From NCBI GenBank assembly GCA_010692425.1, contig JAAHHJ010000006.1:194250-258249 (forward strand): 64,000 nt of DNA. The letters run 5' to 3'. Of the stretch, positions 43,293 through 54,363 are shown piece by piece. The position numbers and the translations under genes were made by a program. This DNA is from Symploca sp. SIO3C6. Its GTDB lineage: Bacteria > Cyanobacteriota > Cyanobacteriia > Cyanobacteriales > Coleofasciculaceae. The number at the start of each line of letters is the position of its first letter. Within the stretch, counting starts at the first letter, position 1. The notes beneath the pieces were generated by a model. That model was not told the DNA's origin and made no database searches. It saw only the letters and a list, made by a program, of their open reading frames with translations.

Positions 43293-44381
43293 GTGTTAAA
43301 AACCATTCAACTTGTTAAAACTCCTTCAGTAGAACACATGATCAAGCTTTGGGAACAACGCTACTCTCCTGAGTTGTTCCTAAAATATTCACTTCGAGAC
43401 CCAATGATTTGTACTGAGTTATTGAGAGCTTCTTCACCAGCAGGCAGGGCTTTAACTGCTAGTAAATTACGCCATAATATCATCAATCTCAGATGCGAAT
43501 TAGCGGGAATTAAAGCTATTTCACTCTACAGTTATATTCCCAATATTGTGAATTTATTAGAGGCTAAGCAGCTAACTAAATCTAGTTATCAAATTTATTT
43601 GAAGATACTGGAAGTTTACCAAAAACAAGCTCCTCCTGCTGCCTTAATAGAAGAAAAACTATCGACACTAGCCTGTGGCTTGATGGTTAATTATAAAGGT
43701 GCTTTGGGAAAGTTCAAAGTTGAAGAACTAGCAGAAGTGTTAGAGCCATTATTACTAGAGTTTCAGCAACAACACCAGGATGCAAAAGACAGGCGTACTC
43801 TCGGTTTTCTCACCACACAGTTGAATTTTGCCAACTCTTTACTTCTTAATAAACTGACATCTCTAGAAAAAATGTTGATCTACCCCTATTTTAAGTTTGT
43901 TGAGGAACAAGCTGCCTTGCCTTGGCAGCGAGTCTGTGCAGCTGCTGCCCGCCATGAAATTGGCAGTCCCAGTTTAACTCTGGTAGAGGAAATGTTACCA
44001 GTTTCTAATCTAATTGCTCAGATTGTGTACAGCCAATTAGTTAAAAAATTGCCCAACTATCACAGCTGTAGAGGTTCTTTAAGAGATGTGGAAGTAGCAC
44101 ACTCAATCAACCGTGACCTCAATATGTGGCTTTCTTACCTATGGCTGTGTATTCTGGAAGAAAGTCTAACCCCATTTAAAGAGGAACTGCTCATCTTGTG
44201 CTTGATGGTCTTGACCAGTGTGGGAGTAAAATGGGAATTGATTTCTACCTGGATAAAGCTCCTAAGCGCAGAAGTTTTATCTCGTGCTACGCCAAACCAA
44301 AGATTGATTATCGAGCCTTATCTCACAGGAATAGAAAGGCTCTTTTTTGAAAAACGCATGCACCTAGATGCAGATTTATAA
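43293..44381 (+). CDS. Hypothetical all-alpha protein
   Basis: 362-aa ORF with no recognised motif. Preceded by a 600-bp AT-rich region and followed by (AAGTAAT)6. Confidence 0.5.
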   Translation: MLKTIQLVKTPSVEHMIKLWEQRYSPELFLKYSLRDPMICTELLRASSPAGRALTASKLRHNIINLRCELAGIKAISLYSYIPNIVNLLEAKQLTKSSYQIYLKILEVYQKQAPPAALIEEKLSTLACGLMVNYKGALGKFKVEELAEVLEPLLLEFQQQHQDAKDRRTLGFLTTQLNFANSLLLNKLTSLEKMLIYPYFKFVEEQAALPWQRVCAAAARHEIGSPSLTLVEEMLPVSNLIAQIVYSQLVKKLPNYHSCRGSLRDVEVAHSINRDLNMWLSYLWLCILEESLTPFKEELLILCLMVLTSVGVKWELISTWIKLLSAEVLSRATPNQRLIIEPYLTGIERLFFEKRMHLDADL

Positions 44382-44387
44382 CTTTAA

Positions 44388-44429
44388 GTAATAAGTAATA
44401 AGTAATAAGTAATAAGTAATAAGTAATAA
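44388..44429. repeat. Heptanucleotide tandem repeat (AAGTAAT)x6, STRR-like
   Basis: Six perfect copies, read directly. Confidence 0.9.
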
Positions 44430-44507
44430 CTATAGTATTTACTGTTTCTTACTTTCAATTTATTACTTAAAACTTATTTGTAGCCAACATTTGGGTAATC
44501 GATATAA

Positions 44508-45251
44508 CTAAAGCGGCTGTTTTGCTGGTACACCCACAGGGCGAGGAAATTTGGCAGGTGTAGGTGAAATTAGACGCAAATACAGACAATGACGAATACT
44601 ATTACTTAGCGGTGTAGTGAATTTTTCAATAGATTCAATTACTCCACCTAATTGCTCAACTACTCCGGTGAGGGCATCCTTTTCTTCCTCACTCCAATAA
44701 CCACGGTAAACAACCGCTAAACCTCCAGTTTTCAGTAATGGTAGTGCATACTCTGCACAAACTGATGCTGAAGCTACGGCACGAACTAGAGCGATATCGT
44801 AAGTATATCGGTGTTGTGGTTGTTGTCCAATTGCTTCTGCTCTACCAACAATAGCCTCAGCGTTGTTAATGCCTAACTCCCTAATTAAGGTTTGAAGGAA
44901 ATTGATCTTTTTGCGCGTAGAATCGAGTAAAGTAAGATGACTCTGGGGAATAGCGATCGCTACTGGTAGTCCTGGAAATCCTGCACCAGTACCAATGTCA
45001 ATAACCCTTGGTGATGAACTCATAGATGTCAATAGCGGTGCTACTCCCCTGAGGGAATCCCACAAGTGCTTTTCCCAAAACTCTTCTAGCACTGAGATGC
45101 GAGTTAAATTCAATTGGCGATTCCCTGATAAAATCCCTTCATAAAGTCGCTCAAACAAATCATTCTGTTCTTTCGTTGGTTGCCAGCCAAGGGTTTGCTG
45201 CCAAACTGGGTTCATTTCTGGCAGTAGCGGAGAGCTTTGAGTATTTTCCAT
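44508..45251 (-). CDS. rsmG: 16S rRNA (guanine527-N7)-methyltransferase
   Basis: 247 aa. GidB/RsmG motifs: NLTRISVLEEFWEKHLWDSL, IDIGTGAGFPGLPVAI. Confidence 0.8.
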   Translation of the reverse strand: MENTQSSPLLPEMNPVWQQTLGWQPTKEQNDLFERLYEGILSGNRQLNLTRISVLEEFWEKHLWDSLRGVAPLLTSMSSSPRVIDIGTGAGFPGLPVAIAIPQSHLTLLDSTRKKINFLQTLIRELGINNAEAIVGRAEAIGQQPQHRYTYDIALVRAVASASVCAEYALPLLKTGGLAVVYRGYWSEEEKDALTGVVEQLGGVIESIEKFTTPLSNSIRHCLYLRLISPTPAKFPRPVGVPAKQPL

Positions 45252-45375
45252 TGCACCCTAGTAAATTGCATTTTAATTAATGACTCAACTTCGCTCCAAA
45301 AACGCTAACATTTGCTAACATTTCCTTCGGAGCTTCACCCTGGTGGTGTCGTCGCAAGAGGATTACCCTTAATTT

Positions 45376-46068
45376 TCAACTAGCCTTTTTCATTGGTATT
45401 ACTGATGGTGTCTGTGGTACTTTTTTTTTCAGAGCAGCAGGCTCAATAGCTTGCAATTCTCCATGTTTGAGAGTCCAACAACGATCAGCTATATCCAATA
45501 AATCACCAGCATCGTGAGTTACAATTAGCAATGTCCAATGGCTCTTGAGCTTTGCCAGAAGATTTACTAATTGTCGTCGCATTGACCAGTCTAATCCTGC
45601 TGTTGGTTCATCCAACATGAGCATACTTGGTTGCCGAATCAGTTGCACTGCTAGGGCTAGGCGTCGCTGTTGACCTCCACTCAAATCCTGAGGTGCTTGA
45701 TTGAGAGGCAAATCAACTAGTCCCACTTCTCTAAGAGCTTCACGAACCCTCTCTGAACCCAATTCTGGATGTCCTAAGCGCAATTCTTCTAGAATTGTGC
45801 GACCACAAAAATGACGTTCGGGAAACTGAAATACTAAACCTCCTAGCTGTTGCAAATGTTCACTGGTGAGTTCTTGGTCTCTCCAGAAAATGCTACCACT
45901 GGTTTGCTCTGCTAACCCTGCTAAAATCTCAAGTAATGTACTTTTGCCAGAACCAGAAGGACCAATCACTAGTCCCAGTTGCTGGGGCACTAGCTCGAGA
46001 TTCAAAGTTTTTAAAATCGGGGTGGGGGTAGCAGGAGGATGGTAACTTAAGTCTTTAAGATATAGCAT
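45376..46068 (-). CDS. ABC transporter ATP-binding protein
   Basis: 230 aa. Walker A GPSGSGKST, signature LSGGQQRRLALA, Walker B LMLDEPTAGLD. Confidence 0.75.
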   Translation of the reverse strand: MLYLKDLSYHPPATPTPILKTLNLELVPQQLGLVIGPSGSGKSTLLEILAGLAEQTSGSIFWRDQELTSEHLQQLGGLVFQFPERHFCGRTILEELRLGHPELGSERVREALREVGLVDLPLNQAPQDLSGGQQRRLALAVQLIRQPSMLMLDEPTAGLDWSMRRQLVNLLAKLKSHWTLLIVTHDAGDLLDIADRCWTLKHGELQAIEPAALKKKVPQTPSVIPMKKAS

Positions 46069-47019
46069 TAAATCTTAGGGAGAAAAGGGCTGTTATAATT
46101 TAGCGGCTGATTTTCTGCTTCTAAAGCATGAGGTTTGCAAAGAACTCAATCATGATAATGATGAGAGTAGTGCTGTGAGGTTACCAGACAACAGCTCATA
46201 ACTCCTACCAGTGTGGGAGTGCAGCATACATCTATAAGCTGTTGAGAGTGAACTCTCTAGAGCGTTAAGTTATGAACTGCCTATTTGAGCGTTAATTCCC
46301 CTTAATTGTGACAAACCTAGTCTTGATTCTCCAAACTCTTACAGATAGATTGAAAAACACCCTCTACTCAAGGAACAATGGTTCACTTCCGGGAGCAAGG
46401 ATTCACTGTTGATGGCTCATGGGGTTAGGATTGGGCAGTTGTGAAATAGTTTCTCTTGAAAACAACCAACCATGAGCAGTCAATGGTTCATTATTCATGG
46501 TTCAATGACTGGAACTTGGAATTAAACTATATCGAAAAAAACTTTGAGCGGGAGATAGCCAGCCCCTTTTAAGGGCTGCTGGGGTCACTATTAGGGAATT
46601 AATTGTGTCGATACTAACTATTGGCAAGAGTAAATAAAACAAATGTATATGTATAATCTAATAGTTGATAGGATGAAACATTCCATAACAAAAAACGTCA
46701 CTAAGAATCATGACAACTGAAGATATAGGGTTGCACCAAGAAGTACGTTTAGTAGCTGTTGATGCGTAAAATCTTCACGGTTGGAAGAGACCTAAAGTAG
46801 TGACACAGCTGGATTTACATCTAGCCGAGGTCGGTAGGACAACTTGGCACTGTCGAACGATATAACAGGCTTGAAATCAAGTTAATTATATCGTAAGCAA
46901 CTTTGCATAGCGCAGTTTCAACCGGTTCCGCAAAATCCGCTTAGAATGGACGTTTTTCAAAGCGCTCTATATGTCAAGTCAAGTCAGAAGTTAGCAAGCA
47001 TCATTCATTATTTGTAACG

Positions 47020-47952
47020 ATGACTATAATTACCCAGTTTCCTGCAGCAAAACGGACAGTGAAAGCTTTTGCCGGTACAGTAGCTGTAATCTGCACTTTA
47101 TTGAGTTTGCCAGTCTTTGCAGTTGATCCTTTTCGTACCAACAATCCTCGTGAGCTAGGCGAAAATACCCATGCTGCTTTCGAGTCCATTTTCAAAGAGG
47201 GAGACTACAAAGGTGCCAAGAAATACTTAAAGCAGGCGAAATCAACTGAAGCTGATGAACCTCTAGTTTATGCTATGCTATCCTCTCTGGCCTATACAGA
47301 CAGAGACTGGGAAGACCTTAAGAGCTACGCCTCCAAAACTCTAAGCACTGCTCAACAACTACTTGAGAGCGATCCCTTGCGCGGTAATTTATACACAGCA
47401 GTTGGTCATTTTCTAGAAGGTGCCTACAAATTTGAAAAGGAAGGTCCAATTAGTACCCTGAGCAAACTGCAAAAGGTTTTTCAATATTTGGACGAAGCCA
47501 AAAAAATTGATGCTAATGACCCTGAATTAAATCTGATTACAGGCTATATGGATTTAATGCTAGCGGTCAATTTACCATTTTCCGACCCAGCTGAGGCAGT
47601 TGCCAAGTTAGAAAAATATGCTTCTCCCTCTTATTTGGTTTATCGTGGCATTGCTGTGGGCTATCGCGATTTAAAAAAGCATTCCGAAGCTATGGAATTT
47701 GCAGAGCGAGCTCTGGAATTAACACCAGATAATCCAGAGGTTATATATCTCAAGGCACAAATTTTGGTGAATCAGGGTAAACACCAAGATGGTTTAGAAT
47801 TATTTAATAAAGCTCTGGAAAAAGGTAATACACTACCAAATTACTCAGTGGCACAAATTGCCTATGAGCATTGCAGGCTCACAGAAAAAATCGATAATAT
47901 TGATCGCGATTGCCGCGCTGAAAGAAATAGAGTTAGAGATAAAGGTATTTAA
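47020..47952 (+). CDS. Secreted TPR-like repeat protein
   Basis: 310 aa. Signal peptide (AVICTLLSLPVFA), then helical repeat content resembling TPR. Confidence 0.55.
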   Translation: MTIITQFPAAKRTVKAFAGTVAVICTLLSLPVFAVDPFRTNNPRELGENTHAAFESIFKEGDYKGAKKYLKQAKSTEADEPLVYAMLSSLAYTDRDWEDLKSYASKTLSTAQQLLESDPLRGNLYTAVGHFLEGAYKFEKEGPISTLSKLQKVFQYLDEAKKIDANDPELNLITGYMDLMLAVNLPFSDPAEAVAKLEKYASPSYLVYRGIAVGYRDLKKHSEAMEFAERALELTPDNPEVIYLKAQILVNQGKHQDGLELFNKALEKGNTLPNYSVAQIAYEHCRLTEKIDNIDRDCRAERNRVRDKGI

Positions 47953-48254
47953 ATATTCTACGGTCAGGACACAGCTAAAGTAGATTAATGATCAATAATA
48001 CAGTGAAGTGGCAAGATGTAATTTTCCTGTGCTTCACATAAAAATTGTTTTGTCAAGTTCTAAGTAGTCGGAGATCATCTTGAAATTCCTCTACTGGCTC
48101 TGTGGTAAGACAATTCTTAACATGTCAAGACCTTCTTAATGAGTAAAGTCATAGACTTTCCCAAATGGTGAGGTTCAAGGTTAGCAATTGTGACACTTAA
48201 GGACTTTACTGATTACAGCCACCTGCTCTCAGGTATAATCACCTTACCGACTAG

Positions 48255-48602
48255 TTGAGCATTGGTTCTAGATATATGGCTCGATTAAAAATTATTGATA
48301 ACTTCGATAGCAGTTTTGTGCTCACTCCAGAAGCACAAAGCGAGTTATTTAGTTTGTTGAAGAATCCAACTTTTCTTAAGCAAATAGCTACACAAGCAAC
48401 CTGTCAACAAGTTGAGTTTACAGAATTGCTGTTTCAACCAGTTCCCTATACTACTACTACACCCAAAGGCATGCCAGCAGAGTATGAACATTATCACAAC
48501 TCTGATGATTATGTCATTATTAATGTGCCTCCCAATTTTATGTTCAAAGCTAAAATTTTTAAGCCCAGTCGCCTTGCTGCCATCTATCGCAAAATCAACT
48601 AA
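48255..48602 (+). CDS. Hypothetical protein
   Basis: 115-aa ORF. No motif recognised. Confidence 0.35.
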   Translation: MSIGSRYMARLKIIDNFDSSFVLTPEAQSELFSLLKNPTFLKQIATQATCQQVEFTELLFQPVPYTTTTPKGMPAEYEHYHNSDDYVIINVPPNFMFKAKIFKPSRLAAIYRKIN

Positions 48603-48703
48603 AGTACCAAGTTTCTAAGCATAGGATTTTTAGGTATCGGACTTAAAAATATCTAACACCTAAGTAACTAAAATCTCATTAAAGTTTTTTACTATCTTCA
48701 CCA

Positions 48704-49243
48704 ATGACTACTCAAACTCAAATACCCTCACTCACCGCTTTAGAATATATCCCTTATGTTGATGATACCGGTAATTTACCGGAGAACTTGCAAAGAGAAA
48801 TTGGTGTATATGCCATTTTTGACCAGGATAAGAAACTTCAATTGGTTAACTATTCTCGCGACATATATATAAGTCTCAAGCAACACTTAGTACGTCAGCC
48901 ACAATCTTGCTATTGGCTCAAAGTAGAAACTATTAAACGCCCTAATCGTAGCCAACTAGAAGTAATCCGAGATGCTTGGATTAATGAAAATGCTGCGATT
49001 CCTGTTGGTAATGGCTCTGAGCAAGCCCTATGGAATCAACCAATAGATGCGAAACCAGAGATGACTGATGAGGAGCGATTAAGCTATGAACAGAGTGATG
49101 AATTTACACAAACTAAGCTTTTAAAAAAAATTGCTCGACGAGTTGAAGCCCGAATTTTAGAAGAGTTGAAATCTCGTGGTGTAACCACAGAAATTCGCTT
49201 CAATCCTAAACAAAAAGAAAAGGGACTACTTGATGTGAAGTGA
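48704..49243 (+). CDS. Hypothetical protein, possibly degenerate GIY-YIG-like
   Basis: 179 aa. EIGVYAIFDQDKKLQLVNYSRDI resembles a GIY...YIG module. Weak. Confidence 0.5.
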   Translation: MTTQTQIPSLTALEYIPYVDDTGNLPENLQREIGVYAIFDQDKKLQLVNYSRDIYISLKQHLVRQPQSCYWLKVETIKRPNRSQLEVIRDAWINENAAIPVGNGSEQALWNQPIDAKPEMTDEERLSYEQSDEFTQTKLLKKIARRVEARILEELKSRGVTTEIRFNPKQKEKGLLDVK

Positions 49244-49443
49244 ATTCAACTCAAATTGCCCACAGGAAGAACTTCACTTTTGTAGATTGGGTTAAGGAAA
49301 GAAACCTAACACCTGACTCAATCTTGGGCTTCACTATATTCAACTTTCAACCCAACCTAATTCTGTCAAGGGTATTTAAAAACATGACATCATCCTCAAC
49401 TAAGGCTATCTTAGAAAAACTTGATCTTGAATAGCTCAAAACC

Positions 49444-50337
49444 ATGAAGCCCTTTCTGAAATTCTACAGAACTATTCGCCGCACTTTGGCGAAACTTACT
49501 TTGAGGGTTTTTGGGAAAATTATCTTTCTGGTGACAGTACTAGGAATCTGTAGCTTGACTTACGCCTATAAAATTGAACCAGGTTGGATCGATATTTCCC
49601 GCGTTGAGTTAACTTTGCCACACCTAGCACCAGAATTTCAAGGGCTTCGTATTGCACAAATTAGTGATATTCATATTGATGATAACCCAATGACCCAAGA
49701 GCGCTTGGAGAAAATTGTTCAGCTAATCAACCAACAAAAACCCGACTTGGTGGCAATTACTGGGGATTTTGTCAGTTGGAAGCCAGAACTTTTTGCTCAC
49801 AAGTTAGCTATCGCTTTGGGTAAACTAAAACCTAAAGAGGCGACAGTTGCAGTCTTAGGCAATCATGATCACTGGACAAATCCAACTATTATCCAGCAAG
49901 CTATTGCCCAAGCTGGTATCATTGAGCTTAGTAATGTGGTTTATACCCTACAAAGAGGCTCTGCCCAGTTCAATATCGCTGGTGTCGATGATTTGTGGGC
50001 AGGTAAGAACAGACTTGATTTGGTACTTGAGCAGTTACCTCAAGAAGGAGCCGCAATCTTGCTAGTTCACGAACCGGATTTTGCCGATACTAGTTCAGCT
50101 ACTGGTCGTTTTGATCTACAGTTATCTGGTCACTCTCACGGCGGACAAGTCAAGTTTCCTTTGCTCAAGCCACCAGTATTACCACCTTATGGCAAAAAGT
50201 ATCCCGTGGGTCGCTATCAAGTAGGTGAGATGATCCAGTATACCAACCGGGGGTTGGGAATGGTTAAACCTAAAGTTAGATTTAATTCTCGCCCGGAGAT
50301 TACAGTTTTTACACTGGATGTAAATTCAAACAGCTAA
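49444..50337 (+). CDS. Calcineurin-like metallophosphoesterase with an N-terminal TM anchor
   Basis: 297 aa. Motifs DIHID, GDFVSW, GNHDHW, GHSHGGQ. Confidence 0.8.
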   Translation: MKPFLKFYRTIRRTLAKLTLRVFGKIIFLVTVLGICSLTYAYKIEPGWIDISRVELTLPHLAPEFQGLRIAQISDIHIDDNPMTQERLEKIVQLINQQKPDLVAITGDFVSWKPELFAHKLAIALGKLKPKEATVAVLGNHDHWTNPTIIQQAIAQAGIIELSNVVYTLQRGSAQFNIAGVDDLWAGKNRLDLVLEQLPQEGAAILLVHEPDFADTSSATGRFDLQLSGHSHGGQVKFPLLKPPVLPPYGKKYPVGRYQVGEMIQYTNRGLGMVKPKVRFNSRPEITVFTLDVNSNS

Positions 50338-50366
50338 CATTTTGAAGCTTAAAAGTTGAATAAACT

Positions 50367-51725
50367 TTAAGGAGAATTGTCTGTTTGAGGAGGAACAAGC
50401 TCTGGAGAAGATGAATCTTCTATGCTTCCTGATTTAACTAAAGCTTGATATAGCATAGCCGCAACCTCACGGCGTGTAGCCGGTTGATCTGGCCTTAGCA
50501 ATTCCTGGTTAGGATCGTTCTCTATCAAACCTCCTTGAATTGCGGCTGCAACTTTAGGGACTGCCCAATCAGGTATCCCCTCTTTATCTTGGTATTTTTC
50601 TAGAGCTTGCTCTGCCACAGGGGATTGTTCTAGATTAAGACCACTTGCCAGGGCAACTAAAACCTGTAAACGAGGTACTGGTTGGTCCGGTCGAAAGATA
50701 TCTTCTGAATAACCACTTAAGAAGCCTTTCTGGTATGCATTTTTGATTTCTTCAGTAGCCCAGTAATTTTCACTTATATCATCAAAATCAACTGCCTCAC
50801 GTCTATTTTTTCGATCAACAAATATTTTTCCGATCTGACTAGCTAATTGAGCCCTTGTCACTGGCTCATTAGGTCGAAACTCACCACCGGGAAAGCCACT
50901 GACAATACCTCGTTGGGTGATGGTTTCAATGTAAGGACGTGCCCAGTCATTGTCAGGAACATCTGAGAATTGAACAGTAGGGGTAGGAGTTTGTTGTAGT
51001 GGTGTTGAAGTAGTAGTCTCAGAGGGGGACTCCTCCAGTGCAGGGCTGGGGCTGACAGCCACCTCCGGGGATGGTGATGCCTCCAGTGTCGGACTAGGAG
51101 TTACCGCCACCTCCGGGGATGGTGATGCCTCCAGTGTCGGACTAGGAGTTACCGCCACCTCCGGGGATGGTGATGCCTCTAGTGTCGGACTAGGAGTTAC
51201 CGCCACCTCCGGGGATGGTGATGCCTCTAGTGTCGGACTAGGAGTTACCGCCACCTCCGGGGATGGTGATGCCTCTAGTGACGGACTAGGAGTTACCGCC
51301 ACCTCCGGGGATGGTGATGCCTCTAGTGACGGACTAGGAGTTACCGCCACCTCCGGGGATGGTGATACAATTACACCAGGGCGAGGTTCAACAGCTATCT
51401 CAGGTGATGGCAACTCCCTCGGTTTAGGGCTAGGACTAACAGTAGCATCAGGCAATGGTAAGACGCCTAAACCAGGTCTGGGACTAACAGTAGCATCAGG
51501 GGATGGCAGTACATTGATACCAGAAGATCTTCTTTCTGGTGCAGATGTTTTTTCCTCCGCAATTAGCTCCAAGTCCCCGAAACCAAACAAATCGGCTTTT
51601 CTTCCAATTGCCCAATAGAAGATGTAGCCGATAGTTGCAAAAGCCACAAGAATTGCAATCCACTCATCTCGGTCTACGGATGGTCCTTGAGGTGGTGGCG
51701 GGTCGGAATTAAGTTGATTTGACAT
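50367..51725 (-). CDS. SLH-domain protein with N-terminal TM anchor and tandem Pro-rich 16-aa repeats (PSPEVAVTPSPTLEAS)n, plus three C-terminal SLH domains
   Basis: 452 aa. SLH motifs FSDVPDNDWARPYIE..., FDDISENYWATEEI..., IPDWAVPKVAAAIQGGL... Confidence 0.8.
   Translation of the reverse strand: MSNQLNSDPPPPQGPSVDRDEWIAILVAFATIGYIFYWAIGRKADLFGFGDLELIAEEKTSAPERRSSGINVLPSPDATVSPRPGLGVLPLPDATVSPSPKPRELPSPEIAVEPRPGVIVSPSPEVAVTPSPSLEASPSPEVAVTPSPSLEASPSPEVAVTPSPTLEASPSPEVAVTPSPTLEASPSPEVAVTPSPTLEASPSPEVAVTPSPTLEASPSPEVAVSPSPALEESPSETTTSTPLQQTPTPTVQFSDVPDNDWARPYIETITQRGIVSGFPGGEFRPNEPVTRAQLASQIGKIFVDRKNRREAVDFDDISENYWATEEIKNAYQKGFLSGYSEDIFRPDQPVPRLQVLVALASGLNLEQSPVAEQALEKYQDKEGIPDWAVPKVAAAIQGGLIENDPNQELLRPDQPATRREVAAMLYQALVKSGSIEDSSSPELVPPQTDNSP
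51059..51368. repeat. 48-bp near-perfect tandem repeat (~6.5 copies) within the SLH protein gene
   Basis: ccacctccggggatggtgatgcctc(c/t)agtg(t/a)cggactaggagttaccg repeated head-to-tail. Confidence 0.85.
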
Positions 51726-52022
51726 GACCGATGCTCATATAGCGCCTCCATCTAAAATTAAACCAGAACTTAGCATCCTCTAAGACTATAATTTTTGACT
51801 TGGTCTTAATTGAGGAGTTCAGGTATCTTTGTAAGTCACTTCTTGAACAGGACTTACGTCAAAAATGTAGCAGCTATTGGAAATTAAAGAAACTCCACTA
51901 CTAAAACTCAGAGTTTCAAGACTATTTTGCGTAAGTATTCTTAAAGTCTAGATTGCTACAGAGAGGCTCTCGCCAACAGCTAGACTGAAAACAATAACTT
52001 AAATTTTAGAAAAAATACACAA

Positions 52023-53906
52023 TTGCTCATGACACCAACACTGTTGAATAATCGCTATCGCATACTGGAGACATTGGGTTCTGGTGGCTTTGGTAACACT
52101 TTCCTGGCTGAAGATAGTTATCTGCCTTCAGGACGCAAGTGTGTAATTAAGCAACTCAAGCCTGTAACTCATAATCCCCAAGCTTACAAGCTAGTGCAAG
52201 AACGTTTTCAAAGGGAAGCAGCAGTTTTAGAAGAATTAGGAGAAGGACACTCCCAAATTCCTCGATTATATGCTTATTTCTCAGAAGATGAGAGATTCTA
52301 TCTAGTACAAGAATGGATTGAAGGTAATACTCTGACCGAAAAAGTTCAGAAGCAGGGGGTTCTAGATCAAACTGAGGTTAAGGAAATTCTCACCAGCTTG
52401 TTGTCCACGCTCATTTATGTACACAACCGCCGTATAGTTCATAGAGATATTAAGCCAGATAATATTATTATTCGGCAACGGGATCAATTGCCAGTGCTAA
52501 TTGATTTTGGCGCTGTCAAAGAAGCGATTAGTACTGTGATTAATTCCCAAGGTAATTCCACGGCATCCATGGTAATTGGCACCCCTGGGTTTATGTCTGG
52601 TGAACAAGCTGCAGGACGCCCGATCTATGCTAGTGATCTCTATAGTTTAGGCCTGACAGCAATTTTTCTGCTGGCAGGCAAACTGCCTCAACAGTTGGAA
52701 ACAGATACTAGCACTGGCGAAATCCTATGGCGTCAGCAAGTTACTGGTATCCATTCGCAATTAGCAACAGTTATAGACAAAGCAATTAGATTTCATCCAG
52801 GCGATCGCTTTACTACTGCTAGAGAAATGCTCCAAGCCTTAAAGTCTTCCACTTCAGTTTCTGAGATGGACACTGTAGCAGTTTCCCCTGGGATTCTACC
52901 AAAAACCGGCAATAGTTCCAACTCACCAGCAAGAAGTCCTAACTCTGATACAACTGTTCCCGTTGGCAAGAATACCCCCAAGCAAGGTAATAGTCCCTTG
53001 ATTATGGGGGCTTCAATTGCCGGAGGTGTTCTCGTGGCTGCTGTAGCGGTAGGCTTAACTTTAGGTCGTTCTCCTCAGGTTTCTGAGCCTGTTGCTTCTT
53101 CTGAAACTCCTGTAGAAACAGCTCCTGTAGAAACAGCTCCTGTAGAAACAACTCCTGTAGAACAAGCCCCGTCTGCGAGATCTTCAGATTCAGATCCACC
53201 TTCAACTGAAGTAGTTCACAAAACTGAAGTACCTCAAAAACAGGTACCCAGCAATTCCTCACCTAGCTCCCAACCAAGCACTAAGCCAGAAACATCAGTA
53301 CCCAGTTTGCCTCAAATCTTTCCTAAGCCAGAAGCTCCTAAGCCCGAAATAGAAGAGGTAGCTGCTTCATCACCACCAGCTAAATCACCTGTACCTGAGC
53401 CTGTTATTGAATCTGAACCTGTTGTTCCTCCCAAACCTATTCTTGTTCCCAAGCCGGCACCAGAAAATAATAACCAAAATTATGATATTTCCAAACCAAT
53501 TCCTGCCTTTGCTCCAGGAACTCAAAAAAGGGCAGTCGAAGACATTTTGGGAGATCCTACCAAGTCCTCAAAAGGACTTTGGAATACCCGAGCCTTACTT
53601 TACGAGGATTATATACCAGGTCAAGTAAGTCTAGGATACTTGTTTGACAAGAGTTCCGGGCGTCTTCGCCAAACCGAAGTAACCTTTTCCCAATCTGTTG
53701 GTTTAGAGACCATGTCACAGACATTAGAGAAAATGATGAGTGACAATGCCACAGCAGAAATTAAACAGGAACTTGAAGCTATATATCAGCGCCAGTCCAA
53801 TCGTTATACGTTCAAGGGTGGGCGAGAAAATCGTTTGCAAGGTGTAGTTGAACGCAATAAATATGACCGCATTTACATTGGTATTTGGGAAGCTGATTTG
53901 AAGTAA
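52023..53906 (+). CDS. Eukaryotic-type Ser/Thr protein kinase with a TM segment, Pro-rich linker (PVETA x3) and a C-terminal domain of unknown function
   Basis: 627 aa. Kinase subdomains GSGGFGNTF, VIK, HRDIKPDNII, DFG, GTPGFMSGE. One TM helix near residue 325. C-terminal ~150 aa is globular. Confidence 0.85.
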   Translation: MLMTPTLLNNRYRILETLGSGGFGNTFLAEDSYLPSGRKCVIKQLKPVTHNPQAYKLVQERFQREAAVLEELGEGHSQIPRLYAYFSEDERFYLVQEWIEGNTLTEKVQKQGVLDQTEVKEILTSLLSTLIYVHNRRIVHRDIKPDNIIIRQRDQLPVLIDFGAVKEAISTVINSQGNSTASMVIGTPGFMSGEQAAGRPIYASDLYSLGLTAIFLLAGKLPQQLETDTSTGEILWRQQVTGIHSQLATVIDKAIRFHPGDRFTTAREMLQALKSSTSVSEMDTVAVSPGILPKTGNSSNSPARSPNSDTTVPVGKNTPKQGNSPLIMGASIAGGVLVAAVAVGLTLGRSPQVSEPVASSETPVETAPVETAPVETTPVEQAPSARSSDSDPPSTEVVHKTEVPQKQVPSNSSPSSQPSTKPETSVPSLPQIFPKPEAPKPEIEEVAASSPPAKSPVPEPVIESEPVVPPKPILVPKPAPENNNQNYDISKPIPAFAPGTQKRAVEDILGDPTKSSKGLWNTRALLYEDYIPGQVSLGYLFDKSSGRLRQTEVTFSQSVGLETMSQTLEKMMSDNATAEIKQELEAIYQRQSNRYTFKGGRENRLQGVVERNKYDRIYIGIWEADLK

Positions 53907-53961
53907 GAGCAACCAGCAGTTGGGGAGGGCAAGACTAGTTGCCCCACACCCTTGCTTGCTG

Positions 53962-54363
53962 TTACTTAATACTTACCTTAGCACCAGCCTCTTCCAGTTG
54001 CTTCTTGGCGTCTTCTGCTGCATCTTTAGCAACAGCTTCTTTAACTGCCTTAGGAGCAGACTCAACCATATCTTTAGCTTCTTTGAGACCAAGACCAGTC
54101 ATTGCCCTTACTACCTTGAGGATAGCAATCTTCTTATCAGCTGGAACTTCTTCGAGGACAACATCGAATTCAGTTTTCTCCTCAACTTCTTCGGCAGGAG
54201 CAGCAGCACCGCCACCAGCGCCAGGAGCCATCATCATCATGCCCCCAGCAGGAGCAGCAGCACTGACACCAAAGGTTTCTTCAATTTGCTTGACTAACTC
54301 AGAGGCTTCTAGCAAAGTCAGTGACTTTAATTTTTCGAGAATTTCGTCAGTTGTAGCAGACAT
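53962..54363 (-). CDS. rplL: 50S ribosomal protein L7/L12
   Basis: 133 aa. [33 protein letters not shown]...KVSIK. Confidence 0.9.
   Translation of the reverse strand: MSATTDEILEKLKSLTLLEASELVKQIEETFGVSAAAPAGGMMMMAPGAGGGAAAPAEEVEEKTEFDVVLEEVPADKKIAILKVVRAMTGLGLKEAKDMVESAPKAVKEAVAKDAAEDAKKQLEEAGAKVSIK

Noticed and set aside
49240-49434. 64-aa ORF
   Set aside because: It is short and overlaps the end of the preceding gene, and nothing supports it.
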